Shown piece by piece: positions 1-9,308 of a stretch of 64,000 bases of DNA. The notes beneath the pieces were generated by a model. That model ran no database searches. It was not told the DNA's origin and saw nothing but the letters and a program-made list of their open reading frames with translations. The position numbers were made by a program, and so were the translations under genes. This DNA is from a virus (Duplodnaviria; Caudoviricetes), in IMG/VR virus record IMGVR_UViG_3300027852_000032, positions 72,910-136,909 of that record; one strand, written 5' to 3'. How positions within the stretch are numbered: position 1 is the first letter of the stretch; each line of letters starts with the position of its first letter.

Positions 1-280
1 AGATAATGATCCTGCTTTGAACAGGAATGATCTCAGCTTTCTTTGCAGCATCCCCCCACCCATTTCTGCTCGCTAATTCTCCTAAATCACGGGTAAAATT
101 TCTCCCCACCTTCAGGGTATACCGCAAGTTAGACCCCAGATTATTCCAGTCTTGTCTCCAACCTAAGTCACTATATTTATCAAGAAAAGCTCTATTTGCA
201 ACACCTTTCCCTTTAACAGAACTCATGAAGGGGACAATATTTTTATAATACGCCATCACTACTTCTTCTAATTTTTCCAT
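1..280 (-). CDS. 5' part of a hypothetical protein (diverged second copy of 62460..63158), running off the window edge
   Basis: ATG at 280 reads MEKLEEVVMAYYKNIVPFMSSVKGKG, versus MENLREVVVAYYKNIVPFMSSVKGKG at 63158. Confidence 0.8.
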   Translation of the reverse strand, partial: MEKLEEVVMAYYKNIVPFMSSVKGKGVANRAFLDKYSDLGWRQDWNNLGSNLRYTLKVGRNFTRDLGELASRNGWGDAAKKAEIIPVQSRIII

Positions 281-1122
281 ATTTATACCTGCAATATTTT
301 ATCTTTATCGAAAGTGGAATTAACTAAGGTCACGGTTAAACCATCATCGACCACTAAATCGTATGTGTTGTCCGTAGCAACATAGTTAGTCATTTCCATC
401 GTAGCTTTAAAATAGAAACCTCTTGTGCAGTTAAAGACCTGAATACCGTCTATAGACTGAGGGGCAACGTAGACGGTACCTATGTAACCATCTCCAGTGG
501 GATCATGGAATTTGCAATCTTTAATCTTCAGGGTAGAGCTTCTGAATTCGATATTTTCACACGTGTCGAAGTCACAATCGATAAGATCAATCTCACCTGC
601 ACTACCCGCGGCCAGACCGAAAAACACGTCTTTCCATCTATAGAATTTTGAAGCGTACGCCAAGAGCTTATTGGTAAAACTGCTTCCGCCTTCGACAATA
701 AAATCAGCCATTGGGTAATCGGTATCGCCATCAATGGCTACATCCGGTGTGACAAGAGAACAGCCATTCACGGCATAACTGCCCTGGGTCTGGACATCTT
801 TTTTCCCAACTCTCAGAGTAGCATTATTTTTAACCCGCCAATCATGTTGAGCAGCTACACTGAACTGATTGTTAAAAACAAAGGTATTCTCCACTGCAAA
901 ATAAGTTGCTGTTGTTCCGTCGCCAAACTGCATTCCGTTCCAAAGCTCAATAAAAACATCTCTCAAACCAATTAAACCGTAACCAGGATCGGTTGATGGA
1001 TCAGAACCTACAGCATCCCATGTCGATAAACTCTCAATATCAGCAGGGCTGGCGGATGTACCTGCCGTTACCTGTACCGTATTGCCTGATTTCCACCAGT
1101 CAATTGCCAAGTCCGGATCGCC
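1..1122. repeat. Diverged direct repeat of 62879..64000 (offset 62878; one genome unit)
   Basis: Colinear alignment by eye with many third-position substitutions; nearly identical towards 780-1122. Confidence 0.95.
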
Positions 1123-1650
1123 ATTCTGAGTGTTTGGGTTTGTGAAATAAAATCTGACTTCAACTACCCGAACCGCTGTTAATGTTGCCCCGGTTCCCCC
1201 CACGGTCGTAGGGTTATCCCCAGAACAAATAAACCGGTTCCAAGAGGCAACTAAGGCAGGGAATAATCCATCTGTCGTATGACCTGTCAATTCCCACTCA
1301 ACGTAATCAGTCCCTGCCGTAGCAGTAGAATAAACCCGAACTACAATCGAATCTGATGGACCTAAGACCTGTTCTGATTTTGCAGTATAATAAAACCACC
1401 AAGTGAAATCGTTTGCCGTCCAGTCAATCGCGCTATCAACAGTCAAAACACGGCGGATATAACGCCAGGCATTTGAGCTGCTATAATCAAACTCAATTAA
1501 GTTTGAGCCCTGCTTCCTATTATCCGTAAAGTCATTCCCTGCGGAAAAACTAGACATATCATCCGCAAAGCCGGTTGTGATATCGCAGGTATGCAAGGTT
1601 TGTAAATCGGTTGTTCCATCCGCCCTTTTATATGAGAATGTTCCAGGCAT
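283..1650 (-). CDS. Putative virion appendage protein with C-terminal beta-helix-like region
   Basis: 455 aa ORF, Thr/Gly/Asp-rich, repetitive IxDCxF/IQVFNC beta-strands, located in the tail module. Confidence 0.55.
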   Translation of the reverse strand: MPGTFSYKRADGTTDLQTLHTCDITTGFADDMSSFSAGNDFTDNRKQGSNLIEFDYSSSNAWRYIRRVLTVDSAIDWTANDFTWWFYYTAKSEQVLGPSDSIVVRVYSTATAGTDYVEWELTGHTTDGLFPALVASWNRFICSGDNPTTVGGTGATLTAVRVVEVRFYFTNPNTQNGDPDLAIDWWKSGNTVQVTAGTSASPADIESLSTWDAVGSDPSTDPGYGLIGLRDVFIELWNGMQFGDGTTATYFAVENTFVFNNQFSVAAQHDWRVKNNATLRVGKKDVQTQGSYAVNGCSLVTPDVAIDGDTDYPMADFIVEGGSSFTNKLLAYASKFYRWKDVFFGLAAGSAGEIDLIDCDFDTCENIEFRSSTLKIKDCKFHDPTGDGYIGTVYVAPQSIDGIQVFNCTRGFYFKATMEMTNYVATDNTYDLVVDDGLTVTLVNSTFDKDKILQV

Positions 1651-1653
1651 ATC

Positions 1654-2073
1654 TTATTCCCATGTTTCTATCGTTACCCTTGTGTGGGGTGTTGTTTGCA
1701 CCGTAACATGCGAAGGTTCAGATGGACTTGTTCCATCATAAACCAAAACAGTATCGTTTGAGAAAAAACTTTCATTACCTGACGTATCATAAGCCGTCAG
1801 GTTGAAAATATTCTCCCCTTCAATCAAATTTTCAGCAACGATCTCAACACTGGTTGCCGTTGGGTCAGGGACTTCAATAAGAAGTTCTTTTGCGAGATAT
1901 ACTCTATATCCAGCAAGATCATCCTCCGTATTGGCTGTCCAAGAAACCCGTATACTTTTACTGATCGTATCTCCGGGAGCCGGAAAACTCGTTTTTTGGA
2001 AGAAAAGAAATAAAGATATCACCAACACCAACACTGTCATTATTCTTGTTTTTGTTTTTGTTTTTGTTTTCAT
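1654..2073 (-). CDS. Exported or membrane-anchored fibronectin type III-like protein
   Basis: N-terminal basic plus hydrophobic segment; VSWTANTEDDLAGYRVY and LTAYDTSGNES are FN3 hallmarks. Confidence 0.75.
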   Translation of the reverse strand: MKTKTKTKTRIMTVLVLVISLFLFFQKTSFPAPGDTISKSIRVSWTANTEDDLAGYRVYLAKELLIEVPDPTATSVEIVAENLIEGENIFNLTAYDTSGNESFFSNDTVLVYDGTSPSEPSHVTVQTTPHTRVTIETWE

Positions 2074-2105
2074 TATTCTAAATTCCTTTTTGATTTTTTA
2101 GCTTA

Positions 2106-3215
2106 TTATAAATTTGTTCTTACGTCTATTTCTTTAACAGGTGTCCCGTCACTCCAAGCACCCATAAACCTCTGTTTGTCAGTATTACCTAATCCGTATT
2201 CACGATTTTTATTGTAAAAAGCGGCATCAGTTAGACCGTCAAAAAGCTTCCATAAACCATAATAATCTAATGCATCAATTACTCTTCTTTCTTGAAAACT
2301 TGTTTTTGTTTTGACTATTTTTTCGTTTTCTTTTGGAGATTCTCCATTATATTTTATTGTTTTAATTTCACCATTTTTTTTCGATAAACTATTATAATGT
2401 GAAACCGGCGATGACGCTGTGAAATGGTTAGCTATTAATGGTGGGAACCCATGTTCATCGGATCTAAGCAATATATAATTTTTATTTTTAAGAAGGATTT
2501 TTGTACTTTCTTTAAAAATCCTTTTGGCATCAATATTTTTAACGACCCTGTCCTTGTCTCCCGCGATAGTCAAAAGTAAAGTATTTTTATTGATTTTTGC
2601 CAAATTTTCTAAAGGGATATTCATCCCCTCTGCTTTTTTCCATGTTACCCCAGGCAAAACGCACATTATAGAACGAGGAGTCGGAAGACCTTCTTTATTT
2701 GCAATAGCCCCCATGTTAGCGGAAATAATACCGCCGACGGAGTGACCTACTACAGCAAATCTAGATAAGTCAGGCTTTACATGCCCTTTCTCTGTTTGCA
2801 GAATCAAAATTGCATTTTTTACCGCTTTGATCGCATTATATGTGAGGTTTTTTGGAGGGGTCATGAGCCCTTTTTGATAGCGAGGAAAGATTACAATATT
2901 TCTCCGTTTTACGATATGATCTATCCATGCTCCGTAATTACTTGGGGTCATCGCCATCCATCCATGGTTAAATACAATAACAGGGGCTTTTTTAGGCTCA
3001 GGGTTATTTGGTTCAAAAATCCAAAATTCGTCGTTTCCTTTATTGTAATGAAACATAGTTACCGAATTATGCTTATATCTGAATTTATAAGTATCAACAA
3101 TTGGTATTTGTGGTTTAAGAGGTTGCTGCGGAGATAGGGTTTTAGTCTCTGCATATGATAAAGACTGAAAAAACAAAATTCCTGTAATGACGACGATTAA
3201 AGATTTTAAGCTCAA
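2106..3215 (-). CDS. Secreted alpha/beta-hydrolase (esterase/lipase/chlorophyllase-like)
   Basis: Signal-peptide-like N-terminus, oxyanion HG (FNHGW), nucleophile GHSVGG, candidate Asp (GDKD) and His (ANHF); TTG start with AAGGAGG RBS. Confidence 0.8.
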   Translation of the reverse strand: MSLKSLIVVITGILFFQSLSYAETKTLSPQQPLKPQIPIVDTYKFRYKHNSVTMFHYNKGNDEFWIFEPNNPEPKKAPVIVFNHGWMAMTPSNYGAWIDHIVKRRNIVIFPRYQKGLMTPPKNLTYNAIKAVKNAILILQTEKGHVKPDLSRFAVVGHSVGGIISANMGAIANKEGLPTPRSIMCVLPGVTWKKAEGMNIPLENLAKINKNTLLLTIAGDKDRVVKNIDAKRIFKESTKILLKNKNYILLRSDEHGFPPLIANHFTASSPVSHYNSLSKKNGEIKTIKYNGESPKENEKIVKTKTSFQERRVIDALDYYGLWKLFDGLTDAAFYNKNREYGLGNTDKQRFMGAWSDGTPVKEIDVRTNL

Positions 3216-3250
3216 AGTTCCTCCTTTATTAGATATTCGTTTGGTTGTTT

Positions 3251-3655
3251 TTATGAACTTGTTAAAATTCCAAATAAAGCCGCAATAAATGTAGCCGCGC
3301 CGGTAGACCCTGTATTGATTTTAATCCCAAACGATAGCCCCGAGGCGTAGCTTATTTTTTGAACGGGAACTATCGGGGGTCCGACAGATTGATCCGGCTG
3401 AGAAATGGCTGTCTGATGGGTAGTTCCTGTTAACCCTGCTAAGGTCACTTGCTGTATCCAGTCCCCCCCAGAAGCATCCCCTCCAAAATCAGCATCAACC
3501 AAACCCGCAAGGGTAGCAGAAACCGTATAAATTTTGACCATATGCGGTACCATAACTTTTCCAGAAGGAACCGTAAAAATAGTCTGTTTTGTTGTTGTTT
3601 GCCCATTGATTGAAACCGCCCCTAATAAGGTCATTGCGTGTTCTCTTAAATCCAT
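3251..3655 (-). CDS. Hypothetical virion protein
   Basis: 134 aa Gly/Thr-rich ORF tightly packed downstream of the tail-tip gene. Confidence 0.55.
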   Translation of the reverse strand: MDLREHAMTLLGAVSINGQTTTKQTIFTVPSGKVMVPHMVKIYTVSATLAGLVDADFGGDASGGDWIQQVTLAGLTGTTHQTAISQPDQSVGPPIVPVQKISYASGLSFGIKINTGSTGAATFIAALFGILTSS

Positions 3656-3659
3656 AAAA

Positions 3660-3845
3660 TTACCCTTCCCTTTTTATAATAACATTGTTGTCCATGCAAA
3701 CTACTTCATTGTTATGACAAATAATCCTATCTTGGCTATTATTATACATTTCGCGATCAATAATCTCCATGTCTGTTGTCATTATAACGTCCCATCCAGT
3801 GACACCATAATCAATTGTATGTAACCCATAATTTGTTGTCGCCAT
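3660..3845 (-). CDS. Hypothetical small tail-associated protein
   Basis: 61 aa, starts MATTNYGL, in operon spacing with neighbours. Confidence 0.55.
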   Translation of the reverse strand: MATTNYGLHTIDYGVTGWDVIMTTDMEIIDREMYNNSQDRIICHNNEVVCMDNNVIIKREG

Positions 3846-3851
3846 AATACT

Positions 3852-6800
3852 TTACTCCTTTATGCAGGTTATCTGGACTTGTGATGATTCGTAAGTCGTT
3901 TCATTTACTGTTCTATAGTTTAAAACCTTACATACAACAACATCGGCAAGTGATCCGTTGTCTGTAATATTCATAGCCGATGTATAAGTCCATGTATCAG
4001 AATCAACATCTGTTGTCGTTCTCATTAAAACGTCGGATACCCATATTTCAACTTCAAAATAACCTTCGTGTTCCCCTGTAGGAAGAATAACGCCTGGAAT
4101 ACCTGTACCAGCCCCAAGACCCCGCATTCTTGGGGACCATTCAAGTACAATATCAGATGTATATCCCGGAGTTAATATCTCTCCATTTGCTGTTAAATTT
4201 ACAGGGGGGTATGGGGTTTCAGCCTTCCCTTCAAAATTAATATTGATATTGGTTGCGTCGTTAATATCTCCGTAAAGCAACTCATTATAAGGAACCATTT
4301 TAAAGTCTTGTCCCACCCCAGAGATAAAAGTGCTATGCGTGATAGTCTCTGGAGAGTCTCCTAGAAAATAAAAAACAGAATTTTCTTCGTGAGATTGTTT
4401 TTCTGTTCCCATTCTCCCTCTTATCACATTATTAATTTTAAATCGGGAACCTGATATGAGGGTCATTGTTTCAAAAAAGATGATTTCGTCGCCTAAAAGA
4501 GCCACATTAATACTTCCATTAAGCGTTTGGGAGAAAGAAGCATCTTCAATTTGGTTTTCCCCATGTAAGAAATCGACAATTATTCCGTATTCGTTATCTA
4601 TTGTAAGTGTATCCTCGGAATACGCCTGAACTAAAACACCATAAGGAGTTATATTTTCTATAGCATCAAACATCAAATAAGATGCTCCGCCATCAGATGA
4701 TATATTGAATTCAAACCCTACATCTAAATCAGATTCAGCCCCTGCGATAGGAAGAACATGAATAATAGAAGCGTCTGTCACCATATCGTAAGGAAGCTCA
4801 ATGACTTCTTGGTTTGTAAACTGAATAATAGTGTAGTCAACTTCTTCCTCTGAAGGAGGCGAAGGATCCGAATATTCTGTTATTGTGCTTGAGGTTGAAA
4901 AAAAGTCTTCCGCTGCCTGAATGATAATTTTTTCAGAATTAAGTCCCTCTTCTGTAATAGATAACACACGACAAACCATATTCGATACACCATTGTCGAC
5001 AGAAGAAAATTTAAAGCAATCGCCAGGAGTTAACTGAAAAGAAGGTCTGTTCACAGTTAATTCAAGAATAGCGAATGGGTACGAAACCTTTTGCAGCGCA
5101 TTCTTACTTGCCCATACTGCGTACTTGTTTTTGGTAAACAGAGAAAAATCTAATGTTTTTGTTACTATTCTTCTCTGAACCCCATAATTCCCTGTATCAA
5201 AGGCTACAGGATCGCTTGAGGAAGCTCTCAAATTAATGATACTTGCATCTCGATCAAGAAGTGAATAGTTTGACTTAATTTCGTTCAACGTATCCGTCCA
5301 ACTTTTTCTTCTGAAAGATGGTTTTTCAACCAACACATTTTCATCAATTAAAGGAAGGTTATCGACTGAATAATCATCTCTAATTAATTTTGGATGAAAT
5401 TTACCATCAACTTGATATGTCATAATACAGTCTATATGTCTGAGCACATTAGAAATATAATTGTTTGCTGTTTTATAATCTCTTACTACTAAGCTAATCC
5501 CCATCCCTTCGGAATAGTTAAATTTTTTCAGCTCCCCTGTATTGGCTATCCCAAAAATAGTTGAATCGTATAAAATTAATGAAGTGACGTTTGTATCTCC
5601 AATAGAAGGAGCTACTTTTATCCAGGCGTCAACACCATTCCATTCTAATAAATACCCTGTGATTTCACCTCTATATAGCTTGTCTCTAAAAATAACTTTT
5701 TGAACACAACCTGTTTCTCTATATTCATATGCGGGGGCAACCAAAACCCAAGCATCGACACCATTCCATTCTAATAATTGCCCCGATCGACATGATCCGT
5801 ACAGCTTATCATTATAAACAATCAAAGAATAAATATAGGAATAGTTAGATAATTGAGGAGCGACTTTAATCAAAGAACCTCCTGAAAGCATCCATAATTG
5901 CGCAGGTATTCCAGAACCTATGTATAAATTGCCATTGTAATTACACATAGAATATATCTCGTTTAAATCTGATGTTGCTTGAGCTACTTTTATCCAGGCG
6001 TCAACGCCATTCCATTTAAGAAGGCATCTTGATCGTGTACCGTTATATAACTCCCCGTCAAAAACACATAAACAATTTGCAAATGAATTAGCATAAGGAT
6101 CACCTGTAAAATCTGGAGCAACTACAACCCAAGTATCAACACCATTCCATTCTAATAATCTTCCTCCATTTCCTGAATACTCTTGCGTTCCCCCATATAA
6201 TTTTCCATTAAAAACACATAATGTCCAGATTCCTCCGTCGACAGATATTGAATCCGCGACCGCAACCCATGTCTCATCCCCATCCCATTCATATAATTTT
6301 CCATCTGTGTATGATCCAAAATATAATTTTTCATTAAATTCGCATAAATTACTAGCCGTATGATGAGGGCTTACATCTGCAACTATTACCCATGAATCTC
6401 CTATGTTTCCACCGATTGTATCTGCCGTACTGGAAAAAGAAACAGAATCTAGCCATGTAGATGGCAAACAAACCAATTTTTCCAATATATACCATAATGC
6501 GTGAATTGGATTGTAATCATATTTATCGATAATATGATTATTATTAAAAGGTAATTCTGGGGTTTTCCTTACTACTACCCGCATAGAAGGCATTCGTTTT
6601 TGATCTATTCCTAAAATGCAATCTTTAAACAGTATCCAAAACAGACCTCTGTAAGGAGTATCAAGTGTCCCGTCAGGAATAACCCCATTAACAGCCAAAT
6701 ATGATTCCGTTCCTGCTAATTCAATTGCTTGATCTTGAGTGCCAAAGAAAACGACTACTTCTCCCTGAAGTCTGTTCATATTGCAAGTGAACCCCAAGAT

Positions 6801-7190
6801 TGGGGTAATAGTTTCTTTTCCTCCAGATGCCGGTAAATTTAACTCCCCATTCCATATTACTTTTTCATCTAAAAAAATTGTATACAGGGTATCAATTGGA
6901 CCCGCACAATAGCCTACTCCCCATGTCATATAATACCATTTTCGAGGAACCTTACCCCCTGATTTCCCTCTTTTTTTATACCATTCATTTCCAAAAAAAA
7001 GTAGAGTGCCGTTTAACTGCGATGTTCCTAATACCTCAGGGATCACGGTACCTATTTCATTTTGAGTTAACTGCAAGTCAGGGGTAGGAGCCCCAGGAGG
7101 AGTCGAAGGAGGAAAAAGATAATTATTTGTTACCCAAGAAACAACATAACTTGCAGCAAAATAAAAAAGAGCTCCTAAAAGGGTTGTCAT
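3852..7190 (-). CDS. Tail tip / central fibre (host-specificity) protein with internal beta-propeller repeats
   Basis: GTVIPEVLGT N-terminus, TPYRGL, NPIHAL and NVIRGRMGT motifs typical of GTA/siphophage tail-tip proteins; internal WNGVDAW repeats. Confidence 0.8.
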   Translation of the reverse strand: MTTLLGALFYFAASYVVSWVTNNYLFPPSTPPGAPTPDLQLTQNEIGTVIPEVLGTSQLNGTLLFFGNEWYKKRGKSGGKVPRKWYYMTWGVGYCAGPIDTLYTIFLDEKVIWNGELNLPASGGKETITPILGFTCNMNRLQGEVVVFFGTQDQAIELAGTESYLAVNGVIPDGTLDTPYRGLFWILFKDCILGIDQKRMPSMRVVVRKTPELPFNNNHIIDKYDYNPIHALWYILEKLVCLPSTWLDSVSFSSTADTIGGNIGDSWVIVADVSPHHTASNLCEFNEKLYFGSYTDGKLYEWDGDETWVAVADSISVDGGIWTLCVFNGKLYGGTQEYSGNGGRLLEWNGVDTWVVVAPDFTGDPYANSFANCLCVFDGELYNGTRSRCLLKWNGVDAWIKVAQATSDLNEIYSMCNYNGNLYIGSGIPAQLWMLSGGSLIKVAPQLSNYSYIYSLIVYNDKLYGSCRSGQLLEWNGVDAWVLVAPAYEYRETGCVQKVIFRDKLYRGEITGYLLEWNGVDAWIKVAPSIGDTNVTSLILYDSTIFGIANTGELKKFNYSEGMGISLVVRDYKTANNYISNVLRHIDCIMTYQVDGKFHPKLIRDDYSVDNLPLIDENVLVEKPSFRRKSWTDTLNEIKSNYSLLDRDASIINLRASSSDPVAFDTGNYGVQRRIVTKTLDFSLFTKNKYAVWASKNALQKVSYPFAILELTVNRPSFQLTPGDCFKFSSVDNGVSNMVCRVLSITEEGLNSEKIIIQAAEDFFSTSSTITEYSDPSPPSEEEVDYTIIQFTNQEVIELPYDMVTDASIIHVLPIAGAESDLDVGFEFNISSDGGASYLMFDAIENITPYGVLVQAYSEDTLTIDNEYGIIVDFLHGENQIEDASFSQTLNGSINVALLGDEIIFFETMTLISGSRFKINNVIRGRMGTEKQSHEENSVFYFLGDSPETITHSTFISGVGQDFKMVPYNELLYGDINDATNININFEGKAETPYPPVNLTANGEILTPGYTSDIVLEWSPRMRGLGAGTGIPGVILPTGEHEGYFEVEIWVSDVLMRTTTDVDSDTWTYTSAMNITDNGSLADVVVCKVLNYRTVNETTYESSQVQITCIKE

Positions 7191-7999
7191 ATTGTCGTCC
7201 TCTGAGCTGGATTTTCAATAGGGATATGTTTAAAAAATAACCCATTAATAACGTTATCAAATTTGTCTCTGCATGTTTCCGCCCTTCCATCGCACCCCGG
7301 ATAAGCGTCCACTGTACTTTCATTTATGAGATTTTTCATTTTATACCCAAGAGTCACCGTGTTTCCTTCATGAGCAATGATACCTCTATGCTCGGCCTCA
7401 AAACGAATTTCACCACCTGTAAAATAACCATTATCTTGTAATCCAAAATCCGAGCTCGTTAATTGTGTTTTTGAAGAGTCAAGATCAATCACCGTTGTTG
7501 TTTTATAATTTTCAATTACAATAGTGCAATTAGCGTCAAAAAGTTTATGGTTGCATGTAACTTGAAACCGCCATTGAGGAATGGGCATCTCAAGAAACCC
7601 CTCAAAACCTACACATTCGATTTCAGCCGCGACTCCTGAAAAAGCGACATTTTTTATTTGACCTAAAAAAAGAACATTCGCTTCAAAAGGATCTTGGTCC
7701 CTGTGAAGTTTTGAGATAGAAATCCAATAAATCTCAACTGGATTAATCTCAATAAAGTCAGAAAAAGGTGAAGTAATATTAATTGCTTGTATAGTCACTT
7801 CTGAAACATTCGATTCGCTATTTTTCTCAATTTCACCTTTTTCTATTGTTACGGGGGTATAAGTATTTGACTCAAAAATGATGCTATTATCTCCACTGGT
7901 GTAATAAAAATGCTCTTCCCCTTCCCTCCAAATATGGTAAATTTCAGCGGGCTTTCTTTGAGAGCTCTCTTCTTTTTCGATATAAGCTTCTGTTACCAT
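7187..7999 (-). CDS. Baseplate hub protein (DUF2163 / phage BR0599 family)
   Basis: CNHKLFDANC and C-terminal YPGCDGRAETCRDKFDN..F..IP Cys motif; YFTGG motif. Confidence 0.85.
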   Translation of the reverse strand: MVTEAYIEKEESSQRKPAEIYHIWREGEEHFYYTSGDNSIIFESNTYTPVTIEKGEIEKNSESNVSEVTIQAINITSPFSDFIEINPVEIYWISISKLHRDQDPFEANVLFLGQIKNVAFSGVAAEIECVGFEGFLEMPIPQWRFQVTCNHKLFDANCTIVIENYKTTTVIDLDSSKTQLTSSDFGLQDNGYFTGGEIRFEAEHRGIIAHEGNTVTLGYKMKNLINESTVDAYPGCDGRAETCRDKFDNVINGLFFKHIPIENPAQRTTI

Positions 8000-9214
8000 T
8001 TAATCTACCTCCGTTTCTTCAAGCAATAATCGAAAATTAAAATCAATTTGAGAAGAATAAAGCCCTTCAACATAATTAACTTTTACTTCATCTATTGAAA
8101 AGCAAACTAACATTAAAAAACTCACACTCATATCAGCAAGTTCTTCCGTTGATACTGAGGTTCCTATAGCCTCAGATAAAGTTATTTCCTCTCCCCCAGA
8201 ACTCACGTCTATAATTTTTTTTTGAGTGACTGATCCATCAGGAAACCGAAAAAAAAGATGTCTTCCTATTACATCTTCATCCATATAAAAAGAAGAATAC
8301 TCTATATCATCAATACTAACAATATCATCGGCAGCATCAAATGGTGCGTTTATCACGACGTCTTTTGACCAAGTAGAGAGCCAGAACTTCTGAAACATCC
8401 CTTGTTTTGAATCAAAAAAATTAAGTAAATCATGAATATCTTTTTTGCTTGATTTATAAAAAGATAAACCGATATCTAAGTTCGAAATATCGTAATCTGT
8501 TTGAGCATACTCCATTCCGTAAAATTTCATACGCAAAAAAGGATACTCATATGAATATTTTAAAGGAAAAGAAGGAGAAAAACTAAAAATATCTAACCCT
8601 TCATATGTCTGTTCTCCTGAAACGGGTAAAGTGTACTCAAATGCCCTCTCTTCTTCGTAAGCTTCTTCGGCTTTAATAGTAAAACTTTCAACATTTGAAA
8701 ACACTTGGGAAAAAGAGACAGGGTCAATATGATAATCGTATAAAGGAAGAACGTATGAACCAATTGCCCAACTGGAAACAAGGTTATCTTTTAATATGAT
8801 TTCATCTTCTGAAATACTTCCGGAATCTCCAGAAATTGTACAAACCTCGTACAACCGCCAATCAGTTGGATTGATAATAATAACATCTCTTTCTTCGTGA
8901 AATTGCCTATAAGATGTCTCTTTTACCTGAAGGCTTGTTTGACCAGAAGAAGCCTCAACCTCTAATGTTGTCAAGTCCCACCAACTTGGAATAGCCCAAA
9001 TTGATGCCCCGTATTTAAGAACATTTCTTTTTAAATAATTTATTTGGCTCGGGGTCTGATTGAAAAACTTACCTTGAAAACTAAAGTAAGGCCATGTCCT
9101 GAGGGCTGATCTGACCACTTTCCCTTTTATCGTTTTGAGGGTCGCCGTTTTCCATATATGAGAAAATGATACGAATTTAGGCTTAATCGTTAATACAACA
9201 TCAGAAATTGTCAT
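8000..9214 (-). CDS. Distal tail protein-like
   Basis: Position between tape measure and hub; FFDSKQGMFQKFW motif. Confidence 0.65.
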   Translation of the reverse strand: MTISDVVLTIKPKFVSFSHIWKTATLKTIKGKVVRSALRTWPYFSFQGKFFNQTPSQINYLKRNVLKYGASIWAIPSWWDLTTLEVEASSGQTSLQVKETSYRQFHEERDVIIINPTDWRLYEVCTISGDSGSISEDEIILKDNLVSSWAIGSYVLPLYDYHIDPVSFSQVFSNVESFTIKAEEAYEEERAFEYTLPVSGEQTYEGLDIFSFSPSFPLKYSYEYPFLRMKFYGMEYAQTDYDISNLDIGLSFYKSSKKDIHDLLNFFDSKQGMFQKFWLSTWSKDVVINAPFDAADDIVSIDDIEYSSFYMDEDVIGRHLFFRFPDGSVTQKKIIDVSSGGEEITLSEAIGTSVSTEELADMSVSFLMLVCFSIDEVKVNYVEGLYSSQIDFNFRLLLEETEVD

Positions 9215-9308
9215 TTGCCCCCCCCCTTTTTAAATACCCCTGAGAAACGCTCTCTATGGCCTTGCGGGCTGTTTAAAGTTTTCCGAAGGTATTCGTTCGT
9301 CTTTTTGT

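Noticed and set aside
1-1122. Diversity-generating retroelement (TR/VR pair with 62879..64000)
   Set aside because: Differences are mostly synonymous and not adenine-specific, the repeat exceeds 1 kb and spans two genes, and no reverse transcriptase ORF is present
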